From the NCBI GenBank assembly GCA_963730325.1, contig CAVSRC010000006.1, positions 2,693-66,692 on the forward strand: a DNA stretch of 64,000 nt, given 5' to 3'. How positions within the stretch are numbered: position 1 is the first letter of the stretch; the number at the start of each line of letters is the position of its first letter. A model generated the notes under the pieces. That model saw only the letters and a program-made list of their open reading frames with translations, was not told the origin of the DNA and did not search any database. The stretch comes from an uncultured Alphaproteobacteria bacterium. GTDB lineage: Bacteria; Pseudomonadota; Alphaproteobacteria; Rhizobiales; Kaistiaceae. Below are positions 18,554-27,872 of this stretch, one piece after another. The position numbers and the translations under genes are program-made.

Positions 18554-19543
18554 TCATGCCATTTCCTGCTCTTCCAGTGGTTCTTCGAATGCCGTCACGC
18601 TGCCGGTCATTGCGACCGCGAGGCGATAGGTGCGTGTGGCGCCCGGTGCGAGCATCTTCGCCACCGCGCTGTGGCCGTCCTCCGCACGCGCGCTGGTGCA
18701 AGGCTCGACCGCAAAGATGCCGCTGTGCGGCCTGAGATCGTGCCAGAGCTGCAGGAAGGGTAGCGCCGTCGGGTCGAAGTCGAAGGAAACCGTGAGCTTG
18801 CGCCCATCCTTGAATGGCGTGCCAATCGTCGCCCGCGCCCAATCCGCCTTCCCCGTCGGTACGACCAGGGCCGCTTGCAGAGGTTCCTGCGCGGGGAAGT
18901 CGATCGGCTCCATGACCTGCCGGTCGTTGAGCGCGACCGCGGTTCCCTGCTGGATGGCCGGGTAACCCAGATTGAAGTGGTAGAGCATCGCCTGTGGCCA
19001 CGGCGTGGCGCCGAGGTTCTCCACCGTGTCGCGGATCGTGAAGGTGCTGCCGCCGATCGGCGCCTCGATCCGCCGATGCAGGCGCAGCGCCTCACCGCCG
19101 AGCCGAGCCTGGGTCACCTCGCCTTCGACGTAGAGGACCGGCACGGGAGCGCGCCAATCCTCGCCATAGGCGGTGACCCGCGCCGGCGTGAAGGGCAGCC
19201 GCCCGTGCAGCGGGTGTTCGCCGACGGGCTGGCGCGTATGGTCGAGGCCGCAGGTGACCAGGAAGCCGGAGAAGGACCGGTTGAAGCCGCGCCCGCCGTC
19301 GCCTTCGAGGTCAGTCAGCGCCGGGCTGCGGAAGCCCGCCGGCGCCTGCCAGGCAAGCTGCGTTCCCTTCCACCACAGCGGCCCGATATCGAGCGAGCGG
19401 TCGGAAAGCACCCAGAAATCGAGCCCGCCGCCGGTGGAGAAGGCGAGCGCGCGCACGCCCGTCTCCGGCCCGTCGTCGAGGACGATCCGGCGAACGCTAG
19501 CGACCTGACGCAGGTCGCCGACAAGGGAGGCGAGCGCCGACAC
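18554..19543 (-). CDS. DUF4432 / aldose-1-epimerase-like fold protein
   Basis: Length and motifs (LHGRLPFTPA, MLYHFNLGYP, FAVEPCT) fit the galactose-mutarotase-like DUF4432 family. The GTG start comes directly after the sulfatase stop. Confidence 0.75.
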   Translation of the reverse strand: MSALASLVGDLRQVASVRRIVLDDGPETGVRALAFSTGGGLDFWVLSDRSLDIGPLWWKGTQLAWQAPAGFRSPALTDLEGDGGRGFNRSFSGFLVTCGLDHTRQPVGEHPLHGRLPFTPARVTAYGEDWRAPVPVLYVEGEVTQARLGGEALRLHRRIEAPIGGSTFTIRDTVENLGATPWPQAMLYHFNLGYPAIQQGTAVALNDRQVMEPIDFPAQEPLQAALVVPTGKADWARATIGTPFKDGRKLTVSFDFDPTALPFLQLWHDLRPHSGIFAVEPCTSARAEDGHSAVAKMLAPGATRTYRLAVAMTGSVTAFEEPLEEQEMA

Positions 19544-21097
19544 TCACGTAGCCGCCTTTGCCATGGCGCCGGGACCGCCGGTGCCGTCGGGTTTGAGATC
19601 GAGCCGGGTGAACGCCTCGGGCGGGGCATGGTTGGCGCGCATCAGATCGGCCATCAGGGCGACCATGCGCGCCTCGACCGCCGCATCGGCGAGCGGCGTC
19701 TGCTGGCCGGGATCGGTCTCAAGGTCGTAGAGGCGGGTATCGTCCTCGAGCAGGGCGCCCGGACCGTAGGTGTCGTACATCGGCGAGCGTTCGTTGACCG
19801 GAACCTTGAGCAGCTTCGCCCCCTTGGTGAAGGGGAACGGCTTGGCGAGGTCGGCCGCAGCCATCTCTTCCGCCGAGAAGAAGCCCCAGATATGGGTGGG
19901 CATCACCGTGTACTGGTAGATCTCCTGGCTGCCGAGGTCGGCCGGGAAGCGATGATAGGTGTAGCGGCCGTCGGTGACGTTCACGGCTCCGCCGAAATAG
20001 CCGAAGAGCGCAGCCTCGCGGACTTCAGTGCCGTCGCGTGTCGTGAGCAGCGAATGCCCCTCGTTCTCGGCGGGCGGCGTGAGACCATGAAGGTCGAGCA
20101 TGGTGGCGGCGATATCGATCGTCTGGGTGAGCGCCGCCGAGCGCGTGCCGGCCAGCTCGGACGCCCGCGGGTCGTGCACGAAGAGCGGGATGTGCACCAG
20201 CTCCTCGTAGAGCTGCATGCGGTTCTTGGCCCAGAAGTCGTGCTCGCCGAGCAGGTATCCGTGGTCGGTGGTGACCACCAGCGCGGTGTCCTTCCACATG
20301 TCGTGGCGATCGAATTCGTCGAGCAGCCGGCCGAGCTGGAAATCGCACAGCGAAACCACGGCGTAGTAGTTGGCCCTCAGCTCGTCGCATTCGGCCGGCA
20401 GCTCGTCGACACGGTCGTAGCGCGGCCAGTCGCGAACGGGGCCGTTCCAACCGGTCTCGAACGGCTTCTTGAAGCGCGCCGGCGCGTGGAACGGCTCGTG
20501 CGGATCGAAGGTCTCGATCTGCAGGAACCAGTTGTCGGCATCGCGGTTGCGGGCGAGGAATTCCAGGCCACGGTCGAAGACCTGGACGGACGGAAAATCG
20601 GATTCCTCGCGGATGAACTCGCGATTGACGACGTTCTTGCGCGGATAGGTGCGCTGCGCCGTGCTGAACTGGCGCTCGTGATACATCTCGCGCAGCCGCT
20701 CCCACGGCGGCTGGACCATCGCCTTCCACGCATCGCCTTCCTGGCCGCGGACGAACTCGTAGGAATCGTAGCGGTTGTGATAGGTGGCGCCGCCGTCTTC
20801 CCAATAGTGGTGGTGGTCGGTGACCAAGTGGCTGTAGACACCGGCCTGATAGAGCTGCACGGGAAAGGCGTTGTCGAAGGGCTCCATCGGCCCCCAGCTG
20901 CGGTGCAGGAAGGACAGGCGCCCGGTGAGCATGTCGCGGCGCGCCGGGATGCACGGCATGCTGCCGACATAGTGGCGGTCGAAGGTGACCGCGCGTTGCG
21001 CCAGCCGGTCGAAGTTCGGCGTCGGGATGCGCGCGCCGCCATAGGCGCCAAGCATGTGGCGGTTGAGCGAATCGAAGAGAACGAAAACTGTCTTCAT
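19544..21097 (-). CDS. Sulfatase (formylglycine-type, CxPxR), apparently cytoplasmic
   Basis: Sulfatase signature SMPCIPARRDMLTG (C-x-P-x-R). The N-terminus MKTVFVLFDS begins directly with the catalytic fold, so no signal peptide is evident. Confidence 0.85.
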   Translation of the reverse strand: MKTVFVLFDSLNRHMLGAYGGARIPTPNFDRLAQRAVTFDRHYVGSMPCIPARRDMLTGRLSFLHRSWGPMEPFDNAFPVQLYQAGVYSHLVTDHHHYWEDGGATYHNRYDSYEFVRGQEGDAWKAMVQPPWERLREMYHERQFSTAQRTYPRKNVVNREFIREESDFPSVQVFDRGLEFLARNRDADNWFLQIETFDPHEPFHAPARFKKPFETGWNGPVRDWPRYDRVDELPAECDELRANYYAVVSLCDFQLGRLLDEFDRHDMWKDTALVVTTDHGYLLGEHDFWAKNRMQLYEELVHIPLFVHDPRASELAGTRSAALTQTIDIAATMLDLHGLTPPAENEGHSLLTTRDGTEVREAALFGYFGGAVNVTDGRYTYHRFPADLGSQEIYQYTVMPTHIWGFFSAEEMAAADLAKPFPFTKGAKLLKVPVNERSPMYDTYGPGALLEDDTRLYDLETDPGQQTPLADAAVEARMVALMADLMRANHAPPEAFTRLDLKPDGTGGPGAMAKAAT

Positions 21098-21131
21098 TGT
21101 TGTTGTCCCGACATGATCTGATGCAGGCGGC

Positions 21132-21965
21132 TCACTTGATCGCGCCTGCCGTCAATCCCTTCACGATGTAACGTTGGCCGATGAGCAGCAGGACAAGCGC
21201 CGGCAGGATGGAGAGCGCGGCGCTGGCCGCCATCTGCGTGTACTGAATCTCGTAATCCTGGGCGAACTTGGCGATGGCCACCGGCACCGTTGCCGTCTGC
21301 TTCATGGTCAGGTTGAGCGCGACGGCGAACTCGTTCCAGCTGAAGACGAAGCAGAGCACGGTGGTGGCGGCCAGGCCGGGCGTGATGATCGGCAGGACGA
21401 CCGAGCGGAAGAGCATCGGCGAATTGCAGCCGTCGATGCGCGCCGCCTCGACCAGCTCCCGGGGCACATCGCGCACGAAGACACCCATCAGCCACACCGC
21501 CATCGGCAGATTGAGCGTGGCGTGGGCCAGGATGAGGCCGGTGAAGGTGTTGTCGAGGCCGACCGCCCGCTCCATCGTGTACCAGGCGCTGGCAAGTGCG
21601 ATCGGCGGGATCATGTTGAAGACCAGCGCCCAGCCGAGAAAGATGTGGCCGACCCAGCGCGGCCAGTTCATGCGGTCGAGCGACCAGGCGGCCAGCGTCG
21701 CCGCCGACACGCACAGCGCCGTCGAGACGCCGCCGACGAACAGCGAGTTGCGGTAGTTGATGAGGTAGTCGGAGGTCTTCGAGAAGAGGACCTCGGCGAA
21801 ATTCATCAGCACCGGAGTGAAGAAGAACTGGCCCATGAGCAGCGAGATCTGCGTGCGGAAGCCGGCGGCGATCACCCAGACCACCGGCACCAGCACGATC
21901 GCAGCGACGGCCGAAAGGACCCCGTAGACGAGGAGGTCGCGACGCCTGAGCCACAGCGCGGTCAT
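21132..21965 (-). CDS. CUT1-type sugar ABC transporter permease (MalG-like)
   Basis: Six-TM pattern with an EAA-like loop VEAARIDGCNSPMLFRSVVLPI. ATGA overlap with the upstream permease. The track ORF to 23411 is an artefact. Confidence 0.9.
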   Translation of the reverse strand: MTALWLRRRDLLVYGVLSAVAAIVLVPVVWVIAAGFRTQISLLMGQFFFTPVLMNFAEVLFSKTSDYLINYRNSLFVGGVSTALCVSAATLAAWSLDRMNWPRWVGHIFLGWALVFNMIPPIALASAWYTMERAVGLDNTFTGLILAHATLNLPMAVWLMGVFVRDVPRELVEAARIDGCNSPMLFRSVVLPIITPGLAATTVLCFVFSWNEFAVALNLTMKQTATVPVAIAKFAQDYEIQYTQMAASAALSILPALVLLLIGQRYIVKGLTAGAIK

Positions 21966-22900
21966 GACCGGGCCCTCGCGGCACGCCCGGCCGAGAGCGC
22001 GACGACCAGCAGGAGCGAGATGAAGAAAATGACCACGACCGACATCGCCGAGCCGTAGCCGACGCGGTCCTCGGTGAAGAAGCGCTGGAACAGGGTGAAG
22101 CTCACCACCTCGGTGGCGGTGCCCGGCCCGCCATTGGTCATCAGGTAGATCTCGTCGAAGACCTTGAAGGCGATGACCAGGCGAAAGGCGAAGGTGACCA
22201 GGATGGTCGGGACCATCAGCGGAATGGTGACCAGGCGAAGCTCCTGCCAGGGCGAGGCACCGTCGATGCGCGCCGCTTCGAAGATGTCGGTGGGCAGCGA
22301 TTCGAGGCCGGCGAGGAAGAGCAGGAAGCAGAAAGGCGTCCAGTGCCAGATGTCGACGGCGACGACTGTCGCCAGCGCCGTATACTTGTCGCCGAGCCAG
22401 TCGTGCGCGGCGATGCCGATGAGCCCCAGCGCCTGGTTCACCAGTCCGAAATCGTAGTTGAGCATCAGCTTCCAGATGGCGCCGATGACGATGCCGGGGA
22501 TAAGGATGGGCAGGATGAAGACGGCGCGGAAGAAGACGCGTCCGCGGTCGATGCGGCTGACCAACACGGCGAGCAGGAAGCCGAACACCATCTGGCCGCC
22601 GACGGCGGCGATGGCGAACAGGGTGGTGTTGACCACCCCCGCCCTGAGCAGCGGGTCGTCGAGCAGCTCGGGGTAGTGCGCGAGGCCGACCGGCGTCCAC
22701 GTCGCCTGCCCACCCGTCCAGGAGACGTCGAAGAAGCTGGTGAGGAAGAGATTGGCGAGCGGCAGGACGGCCATGGCGACCATCAGCACCAGCGCCGGGC
22801 CGAAAGCGGCCCAGCGCCAGATGCGATCGTCGTCCAGGGCCCTCATCCGCGCCCTCGCAGTAACCGCCCCGCCGGCGGCAGAGAGCGAGGACACTGTCAT
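21962..22900 (-). CDS. CUT1-type sugar ABC transporter permease (MalF-like)
   Basis: EAA loop FEAARIDGASPWQELRLVTIPL within a multi-pass hydrophobic protein. Confidence 0.9.
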   Translation of the reverse strand: MTVSSLSAAGGAVTARARMRALDDDRIWRWAAFGPALVLMVAMAVLPLANLFLTSFFDVSWTGGQATWTPVGLAHYPELLDDPLLRAGVVNTTLFAIAAVGGQMVFGFLLAVLVSRIDRGRVFFRAVFILPILIPGIVIGAIWKLMLNYDFGLVNQALGLIGIAAHDWLGDKYTALATVVAVDIWHWTPFCFLLFLAGLESLPTDIFEAARIDGASPWQELRLVTIPLMVPTILVTFAFRLVIAFKVFDEIYLMTNGGPGTATEVVSFTLFQRFFTEDRVGYGSAMSVVVIFFISLLLVVALSAGRAARARS

Positions 22901-22915
22901 CGGACCTTCCCGCGC

Positions 22916-24262
22916 TTAGGCCTTCAGCGGCGGCAGTTCGCCGGTCTGGTACTTGTACTTCTCCATGACCTTGTAGATGTCGTCCGACATGCTGTTCAAG
23001 GCATCGATCGCCTTGATCTCGCCGGCAATCGCCCGGTTGAGCCCGACCTCGAGCACGGCGATGACCTCGCTCGCCTCCGGGAAGGCATAGAGGTTGCGGG
23101 CGTGGGGCAGGGCCGCGGCGAGCGGCTTCATCCAGCGGAATTTGCGCTCGTCGGCAATCGGCTCCTTGTAGACCGAGGCATTGAGCGGGATGCCGCCGGC
23201 CTGGGCGTTGGCAAGCTGGGCATCCTTGGTCTGGAACCAGCGGAAGAACTCCACCGCCGCACGCTTGCGCTCGTCGGGCACGTTGTGGGAGATGCCGCCG
23301 AGCCAGTGGCCGAGACCCGGGCCGGTGGGCAGGCCGGGCGCATGCGGTGTCGGGACATATTCGATCTTGTCGACGACGGCCGACTTGTTGGGATCGTCCA
23401 TGGTCGACCATGCCGCAATCACGATGCTGGCATGGGCGCAGTGGCCGGTGACCAGCGACTGGATGATGTCGGCCTGGTCGATCGAGGCGGTGTTGGGATG
23501 GCCGGCCTCGTCCTTGAGGCGCAGGTAGTATTCCAGCGCTTCCTTGCCCTGGTCGTTGTTGAGGATGACGGAATAGTCGCCGGCCGTCTGGTCCTTGAAG
23601 ACGGCGCCGCCCATGCCGAACAGGTAGGGATAGAAGTCGTAGGACACCGTGTTGGCGCCGCGGGCCCCGCGCTGGACGATGCCGTACATCTTGGGCGGAT
23701 CCTGCAGCGCCTTGGCGTTGGCCTCGAGGTCGGCGAAGGTCTCGACCGGCTTCAGGCCCTTCTCCTTATAGAGATCGCCCCGGTAGTAGAGCATCGGGAT
23801 GTTGGGCTGGATGGGCACCGTCATGAGCTTGCCGGACGGTGTCATGGTCTTCTTGGCCGGGTCGAAATAGATGGTGTCACCGAGCGTGAAGAGATCCGGG
23901 TCGAGCTTGAACGACGGATCGATGTCGCTGATGGCGGTGACGAATCCGCCGAAATACATCTCGGTGAACCAGCCCGAATTCAGGATCAGGATGTCGTAGT
24001 CGCCCTGCTTGGCGCGCACCGAGTTGCGCTGCTTCTCCAGCGACCCGGCGAACGGATTGACATCGAGATTGACCTTGTTGCCGCTCTCCTTCTCGTACAG
24101 CTCGACCGTCTTGCGGAAGCTGTCGAACCACGGCGACTGGTTGATGACGATGGTAATCGGGGCGGCCGATGCGGCCCATGTGTAGGGGACCTTTGCGGCA
24201 AGAGCCGCGGCACCCATGCCGACGAGCGCACTGCGACGCGTTAGTTTGGTTCTGCCGATCAT
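22916..24262 (-). CDS. CUT1-type extracellular solute-binding protein
   Basis: Tat-like signal TRRSALVGMGAAALAA. GGAGGG RBS before ATG 24262. Family 1 SBP fold. Confidence 0.9.
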   Translation of the reverse strand: MIGRTKLTRRSALVGMGAAALAAKVPYTWAASAAPITIVINQSPWFDSFRKTVELYEKESGNKVNLDVNPFAGSLEKQRNSVRAKQGDYDILILNSGWFTEMYFGGFVTAISDIDPSFKLDPDLFTLGDTIYFDPAKKTMTPSGKLMTVPIQPNIPMLYYRGDLYKEKGLKPVETFADLEANAKALQDPPKMYGIVQRGARGANTVSYDFYPYLFGMGGAVFKDQTAGDYSVILNNDQGKEALEYYLRLKDEAGHPNTASIDQADIIQSLVTGHCAHASIVIAAWSTMDDPNKSAVVDKIEYVPTPHAPGLPTGPGLGHWLGGISHNVPDERKRAAVEFFRWFQTKDAQLANAQAGGIPLNASVYKEPIADERKFRWMKPLAAALPHARNLYAFPEASEVIAVLEVGLNRAIAGEIKAIDALNSMSDDIYKVMEKYKYQTGELPPLKA

Positions 24263-24349
24263 CTTTGTATCCCTCCCTCGACGATGGCGATGGCAGGAGA
24301 AGGGTGGCACGCCCTCGCCATTACCACAAATAATAAGAGAGACCATTGC

Positions 24350-24368
24350 GATAGCCAATAATCATATC
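24350..24368. promoter_or_regulatory. Candidate LysR box (T-N11-A dyad)
   Basis: GATA-N11-TATC dyad (gatagccaataatcatatc) in the AT-rich spacer between the divergent SBP and LysR genes. Confidence 0.4.
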
Positions 24369-24456
24369 GGTTGCGGGCGCCTCGATTTCATTGCAATAGG
24401 TCCAGTGTGGGCACCGCGCGACGGACCCATCGGTCTTCTCCGCAAACGGGTAAGCC

Positions 24457-25362
24457 ATGCACCTGAGGCAGCTCGAATATTTCCTCGCCATTGCCAAGGC
24501 GCGCAGCCTGACCCTGGCGGCCGCCGAACTCGGCGTCGCCCAGCCGACGCTGACCAGGAGCATTCGCGCCCTGGAGGAGGAACTGGGCGTGAAGCTCTTC
24601 CGCCGCCAGCCGCGCGGCGTCGAGCTGACGAGCTACGGTGAATCCCTGTTCCGTCATGCGCAGACGCTCAACGTCCAGCTCGGCGATGCCATCAAGGAGT
24701 TGCGCTTTCTCCAGGACGGCATGGCCGGTGCGGTCGCCATCGGGGCCGGTCCGGCATGGCTGAGGCGCCTGCTGCCGCTGGCGGTGGCGCGCACGGTCAA
24801 GCGCAATCCGGCGATCCGGGTCCGCGTCGACGGCGGCTTCGACGACGTGCTTCTGCGTGCGCTCAGCCGCGGCGACGTCGATCTCGTCGTTGCCGAGGTT
24901 CCTTCGCCCGAGACGGCGAAGGACTACAAGGTGATCCCGCTGACCTCCGACAGACTGGGCGTCGCCTGCCGCTCGGGCCATCCACTGACCCGCATGAAGC
25001 GCGTCGCCCTCAGCGACCTGCTCGGCTATCCCTGGTCGATGCCGCCGCTATCGACGCGCACCACGCGCCGCCTCAGGGCGCTGTTTGTCGCCGCCGATCT
25101 CGCGCCGCCGGAGATCATGGTCGAGACCGAGTCGATGGCCTTCCTGGTGCAGACGGTGCTCAACTCCGACACGATCACGCTGACCGTGGCCAGCACCATC
25201 CACATGCCGGAATCGAAGGGCCTGCGGCTGGTGAACGTGGCCGGGCTGGCGCCGCGGCGCGAGGCCGGCGTGGTGCTGCGCAAGGACGGATTCCTGTCGC
25301 CGGCGGCCGAGGCGATCGTCGACGAGTTGAAGCGCATCTGCGCGCTGGAACCGACGAACTGA
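24457..25362 (+). CDS. LysR family transcriptional regulator
   Basis: N-terminal HTH MHLRQLEYFLAIAKARSLTLAAAELGVAQPTLTRSIRALEEELG followed by a LysR substrate-binding domain. Confidence 0.92.
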   Translation: MHLRQLEYFLAIAKARSLTLAAAELGVAQPTLTRSIRALEEELGVKLFRRQPRGVELTSYGESLFRHAQTLNVQLGDAIKELRFLQDGMAGAVAIGAGPAWLRRLLPLAVARTVKRNPAIRVRVDGGFDDVLLRALSRGDVDLVVAEVPSPETAKDYKVIPLTSDRLGVACRSGHPLTRMKRVALSDLLGYPWSMPPLSTRTTRRLRALFVAADLAPPEIMVETESMAFLVQTVLNSDTITLTVASTIHMPESKGLRLVNVAGLAPRREAGVVLRKDGFLSPAAEAIVDELKRICALEPTN

Positions 25363-25599
25363 GGTTCTATCCGAGCCTCGCGGCGATGGTCCAGGTTCCG
25401 TGCTTGGAAAGCGGAAATGGCTACTCGCTGCGGTCTTCTATGCTTCAGCCGCAGTTGGCGAAGTCCGGCACCACGGGCGCACTATGCAGAGAGGCACAAG
25501 GGCCTTTGCTTGGGGTTCGATGTGAGCGATCGCTTACCCCCAGCGCTACCCCGACGGAAGTTCCGCCGAGCGTCGATTGCTATAAGCCTTTGAAAAGAT

Positions 25600-25676
25600 T
25601 GGCGCGCCCGAAGAGATTCGAACTCCTGACCCCCAGATTCGTAGTCTGGTGCTCTATCCAGCTGAGCTACGGGCGC
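25600..25676 (-). tRNA. tRNA-Arg (anticodon ACG), CCA encoded
   Basis: Minus strand reads GCGCCCGTAGCTCAGCTGGATAGAGCACCAGACTACGAATCTGGGGGTCAGGAGTTCGAATCTCTTCGGGCGCGCCA. It folds into a cloverleaf with anticodon loop CTACGAA and closely parallels E. coli tRNA-Arg(ACG). Confidence 0.95.
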
Positions 25677-25720
25677 CTGGGCCGTCTGCCGCCGATCGTC
25701 ATGGCGGGCACGGCCGGCCT

Positions 25721-25749
25721 TAGCTACTGAATGGCCTCGCCGATTGCAA
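25721..25749 (-). promoter_or_regulatory. Possible sigma70-type promoter for tRNA-Arg
   Basis: On the minus strand, TTGCAA-17 nt-TAGCTA, with the -10 element about 45 nt upstream of the mature tRNA 5' end. Confidence 0.3.
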
Positions 25750-25846
25750 GGCCCGGCTTGCCCCAGCGTGCCCCATGACGCCCGAGCCTTTCGCGCCCCT
25801 CACGCTTCCTCTACGGTCTCTGGCGGGACCGAGGGAGACGACCCGC

Positions 25847-26380
25847 ATGCGCTTCTCCGCGCTTCTCGGCGGATGGCTGATCGTGGCGGCGCTCGCCGCG
25901 CCGGCGGCGGCGACGCCCTATCCCGGCCAGGTGGCGGCGGCGGAGGCCGGCGACCCGCGAGCCCAGTTCGCGCTCGCCATCATGTACGACACCGGCGACG
26001 GGGTGCCGCACGACTTTCCCCTGGCGCTCACCTGGTTCCGCCGTGCGGCGGAGGGCGGCTACGACGTGGCGCAGGCCAAGCTCGGCCTCATGTACCTGGT
26101 CGGCTGGGCGGTGCCGCGCGACCCGGGCGCGGCGGCGCGCTGGTATCGCAAGGCCGCCGATCAGGGCAACACAATCGCGCAATTGCGGCTGGCGCGGCTT
26201 TCTGCTTACGGCATCGGCGTGCCCCGCTCGCTGGTGGACGCGTATGCGTGGGCGCGGCTGGCGGCGTCCGGGGGCGACAGGCTGGCGGCGTGGCTTGCCG
26301 CGCGCTACGCGGAGCGCATGAGCCCGGACGAGATCGCCGAAGCCGAGACCCGGGTGCGGGCCCGGCGGCCGGCACGCTAG
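25847..26380 (+). CDS. Secreted Sel1-repeat (TPR-like) protein
   Basis: Signal peptide MRFSALLGGWLIVAALAAPAAA. Repeated Sel1 units (AQFALAIMYDTGDGVP.D...A..WFRRAAEGG; AQAKLGLMYLVGWAVPRD; AQLRLARLSAYGIGVPRS). Confidence 0.85.
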   Translation: MRFSALLGGWLIVAALAAPAAATPYPGQVAAAEAGDPRAQFALAIMYDTGDGVPHDFPLALTWFRRAAEGGYDVAQAKLGLMYLVGWAVPRDPGAAARWYRKAADQGNTIAQLRLARLSAYGIGVPRSLVDAYAWARLAASGGDRLAAWLAARYAERMSPDEIAEAETRVRARRPAR

Positions 26381-26386
26381 GCTCAC

Positions 26387-27868
26387 TCAGCCATTGCCGT
26401 TGCGGCCGTTGGCGCGCGGACGATCGGGGATGGTGATGGCGAAGGTGGCGCCGGGGCCGCCATCGACCGGGGCGATGGTGCCGCCATGGGCGCGCACCAG
26501 CTCGGCGGCGATGGCCAGACCCAGGCCGGTGCCGCCCGGACTGACGGACCCCTGGAAGGCGCGGAAGAGCGAGGCGCGCGCCTTTTCGGGCAGGCCGGGG
26601 CCGGTATCGGCGACCCGCACGGTGACGGCCGACCCGTCGCGGGCAGCCGTCACGGTCAGCCGGCAGATCACCGCCGGGTTGGGATCGGCGGCCATCGCCT
26701 GAACCGAATTGCGGCCGAGATTGACCAGGACGCGGAAGAGCTGGTCGGGGTCGGCATCGACCTCGAGACCCGCCGGCACGTGGTTCTCCCAGGTGATCGT
26801 CGGATGCTCGACCACGCCGAGCGCATCGGCGACGTCATCGACCAGCCGGCCGAGGGCGACCAGGCGGCGGGCCGGCGCCGGCTCGCGGGCGCGGCCATAG
26901 GTGAGCGTCGACTGGCAATAGGCGATGGCGCGGTCGAGCGCGCCGATCAGCTTGGGCGCGAAACGCTGGACGTTGGGGTCGGGCAGGCTGCCGAGGCGGT
27001 CGGAAAAGAGCTGCGCCGAGGCCAGCATGTTCCTGAGGTCGTGATTGATCTTGGAAACGGCCAGGCCGAGATCGGCGAGGTGGCGCTGCTCGCGCAGCGT
27101 GCCCTGCAGATCGCGCTCCATGGCGGCCAGACGCTCCTCGGCGATGCCGACCTCGTCGCCGCGGCCGCTCGGCACGATCACGCGGCTGGCGTCCTCCGGC
27201 TCCTCCGAAAACGACATGATGTTCTCGGTGAGGCGGCGCACCGGCCTGACCAGCAGCCGGTTGATGGTGAAGTAGAGCAGGCCGGCGGTGATGATCGAGA
27301 TCAGCGCCGCCAGCCAGACGATGTTGACCGAATAGTCGAGCATGGCGGCGCGCAGCGGCCGGTCGCTGATGATGAGCTCGAGAACCGCGCCGGAGCGCGA
27401 CGCGCCAATGACCCTCAGCGTGCGCGCCTCGCGGGCAAACAGCGTATCGAAGGCATCGACGACCTCGGCGACCGGCTCCATGATCCTGAGATCGGCGGTG
27501 CGATCGACCTTGGGCGGCATGTCGACGGTGGCGATCAGGCGGCTGGCGGCGCCGGTGCGGATGGCGATGGCCTTGGCGCCGACCGCGGTCAGCAGGTCCT
27601 CCTGGATGCTGCGCGGCACCTCGGAGGCGACCGACTCGGCCAGAACCGAGGCGGCGGCATCGGCCATGGTCATGCGGTCCATGAGCCAGTTGGCGCGGAA
27701 ATTGGCGATGGAGGGGACGTAGATCAGCACCTCGGAGAGCATGACGTAGAGCACGGTCAGCGCCAGCAGCTTCCACGACAGGCCGAAGCCGCGCCGCGCG
27801 GAAGCCCTGGATGCTTTCACGGTTTCGGTCGTCTTGTTCTCCTCGCCGTTGCCGGGCCGGTCGGTCAT
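26387..27868 (-). CDS. Membrane sensor histidine kinase (no cognate response regulator adjacent)
   Basis: Two hydrophobic segments, H-box INHDLRNMLASAQLF, and ATPase boxes LVNLGRNSVQAM, DTGPGLP, GTGLGLAIA. Confidence 0.9.
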   Translation of the reverse strand: MTDRPGNGEENKTTETVKASRASARRGFGLSWKLLALTVLYVMLSEVLIYVPSIANFRANWLMDRMTMADAAASVLAESVASEVPRSIQEDLLTAVGAKAIAIRTGAASRLIATVDMPPKVDRTADLRIMEPVAEVVDAFDTLFAREARTLRVIGASRSGAVLELIISDRPLRAAMLDYSVNIVWLAALISIITAGLLYFTINRLLVRPVRRLTENIMSFSEEPEDASRVIVPSGRGDEVGIAEERLAAMERDLQGTLREQRHLADLGLAVSKINHDLRNMLASAQLFSDRLGSLPDPNVQRFAPKLIGALDRAIAYCQSTLTYGRAREPAPARRLVALGRLVDDVADALGVVEHPTITWENHVPAGLEVDADPDQLFRVLVNLGRNSVQAMAADPNPAVICRLTVTAARDGSAVTVRVADTGPGLPEKARASLFRAFQGSVSPGGTGLGLAIAAELVRAHGGTIAPVDGGPGATFAITIPDRPRANGRNGNG

Positions 27869-27872
27869 CGGC

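Noticed and set aside
25363-25676. tRNA-Arg with a lower-GC spacer on its 3' side, suggesting that the sulfatase/LysR block might be a tRNA-integrated genomic island.
   Set aside because: The window contains no integrase or recombinase gene. I could find no direct repeat of the tRNA 3' end at a distal boundary. Island status would need comparative genomics.
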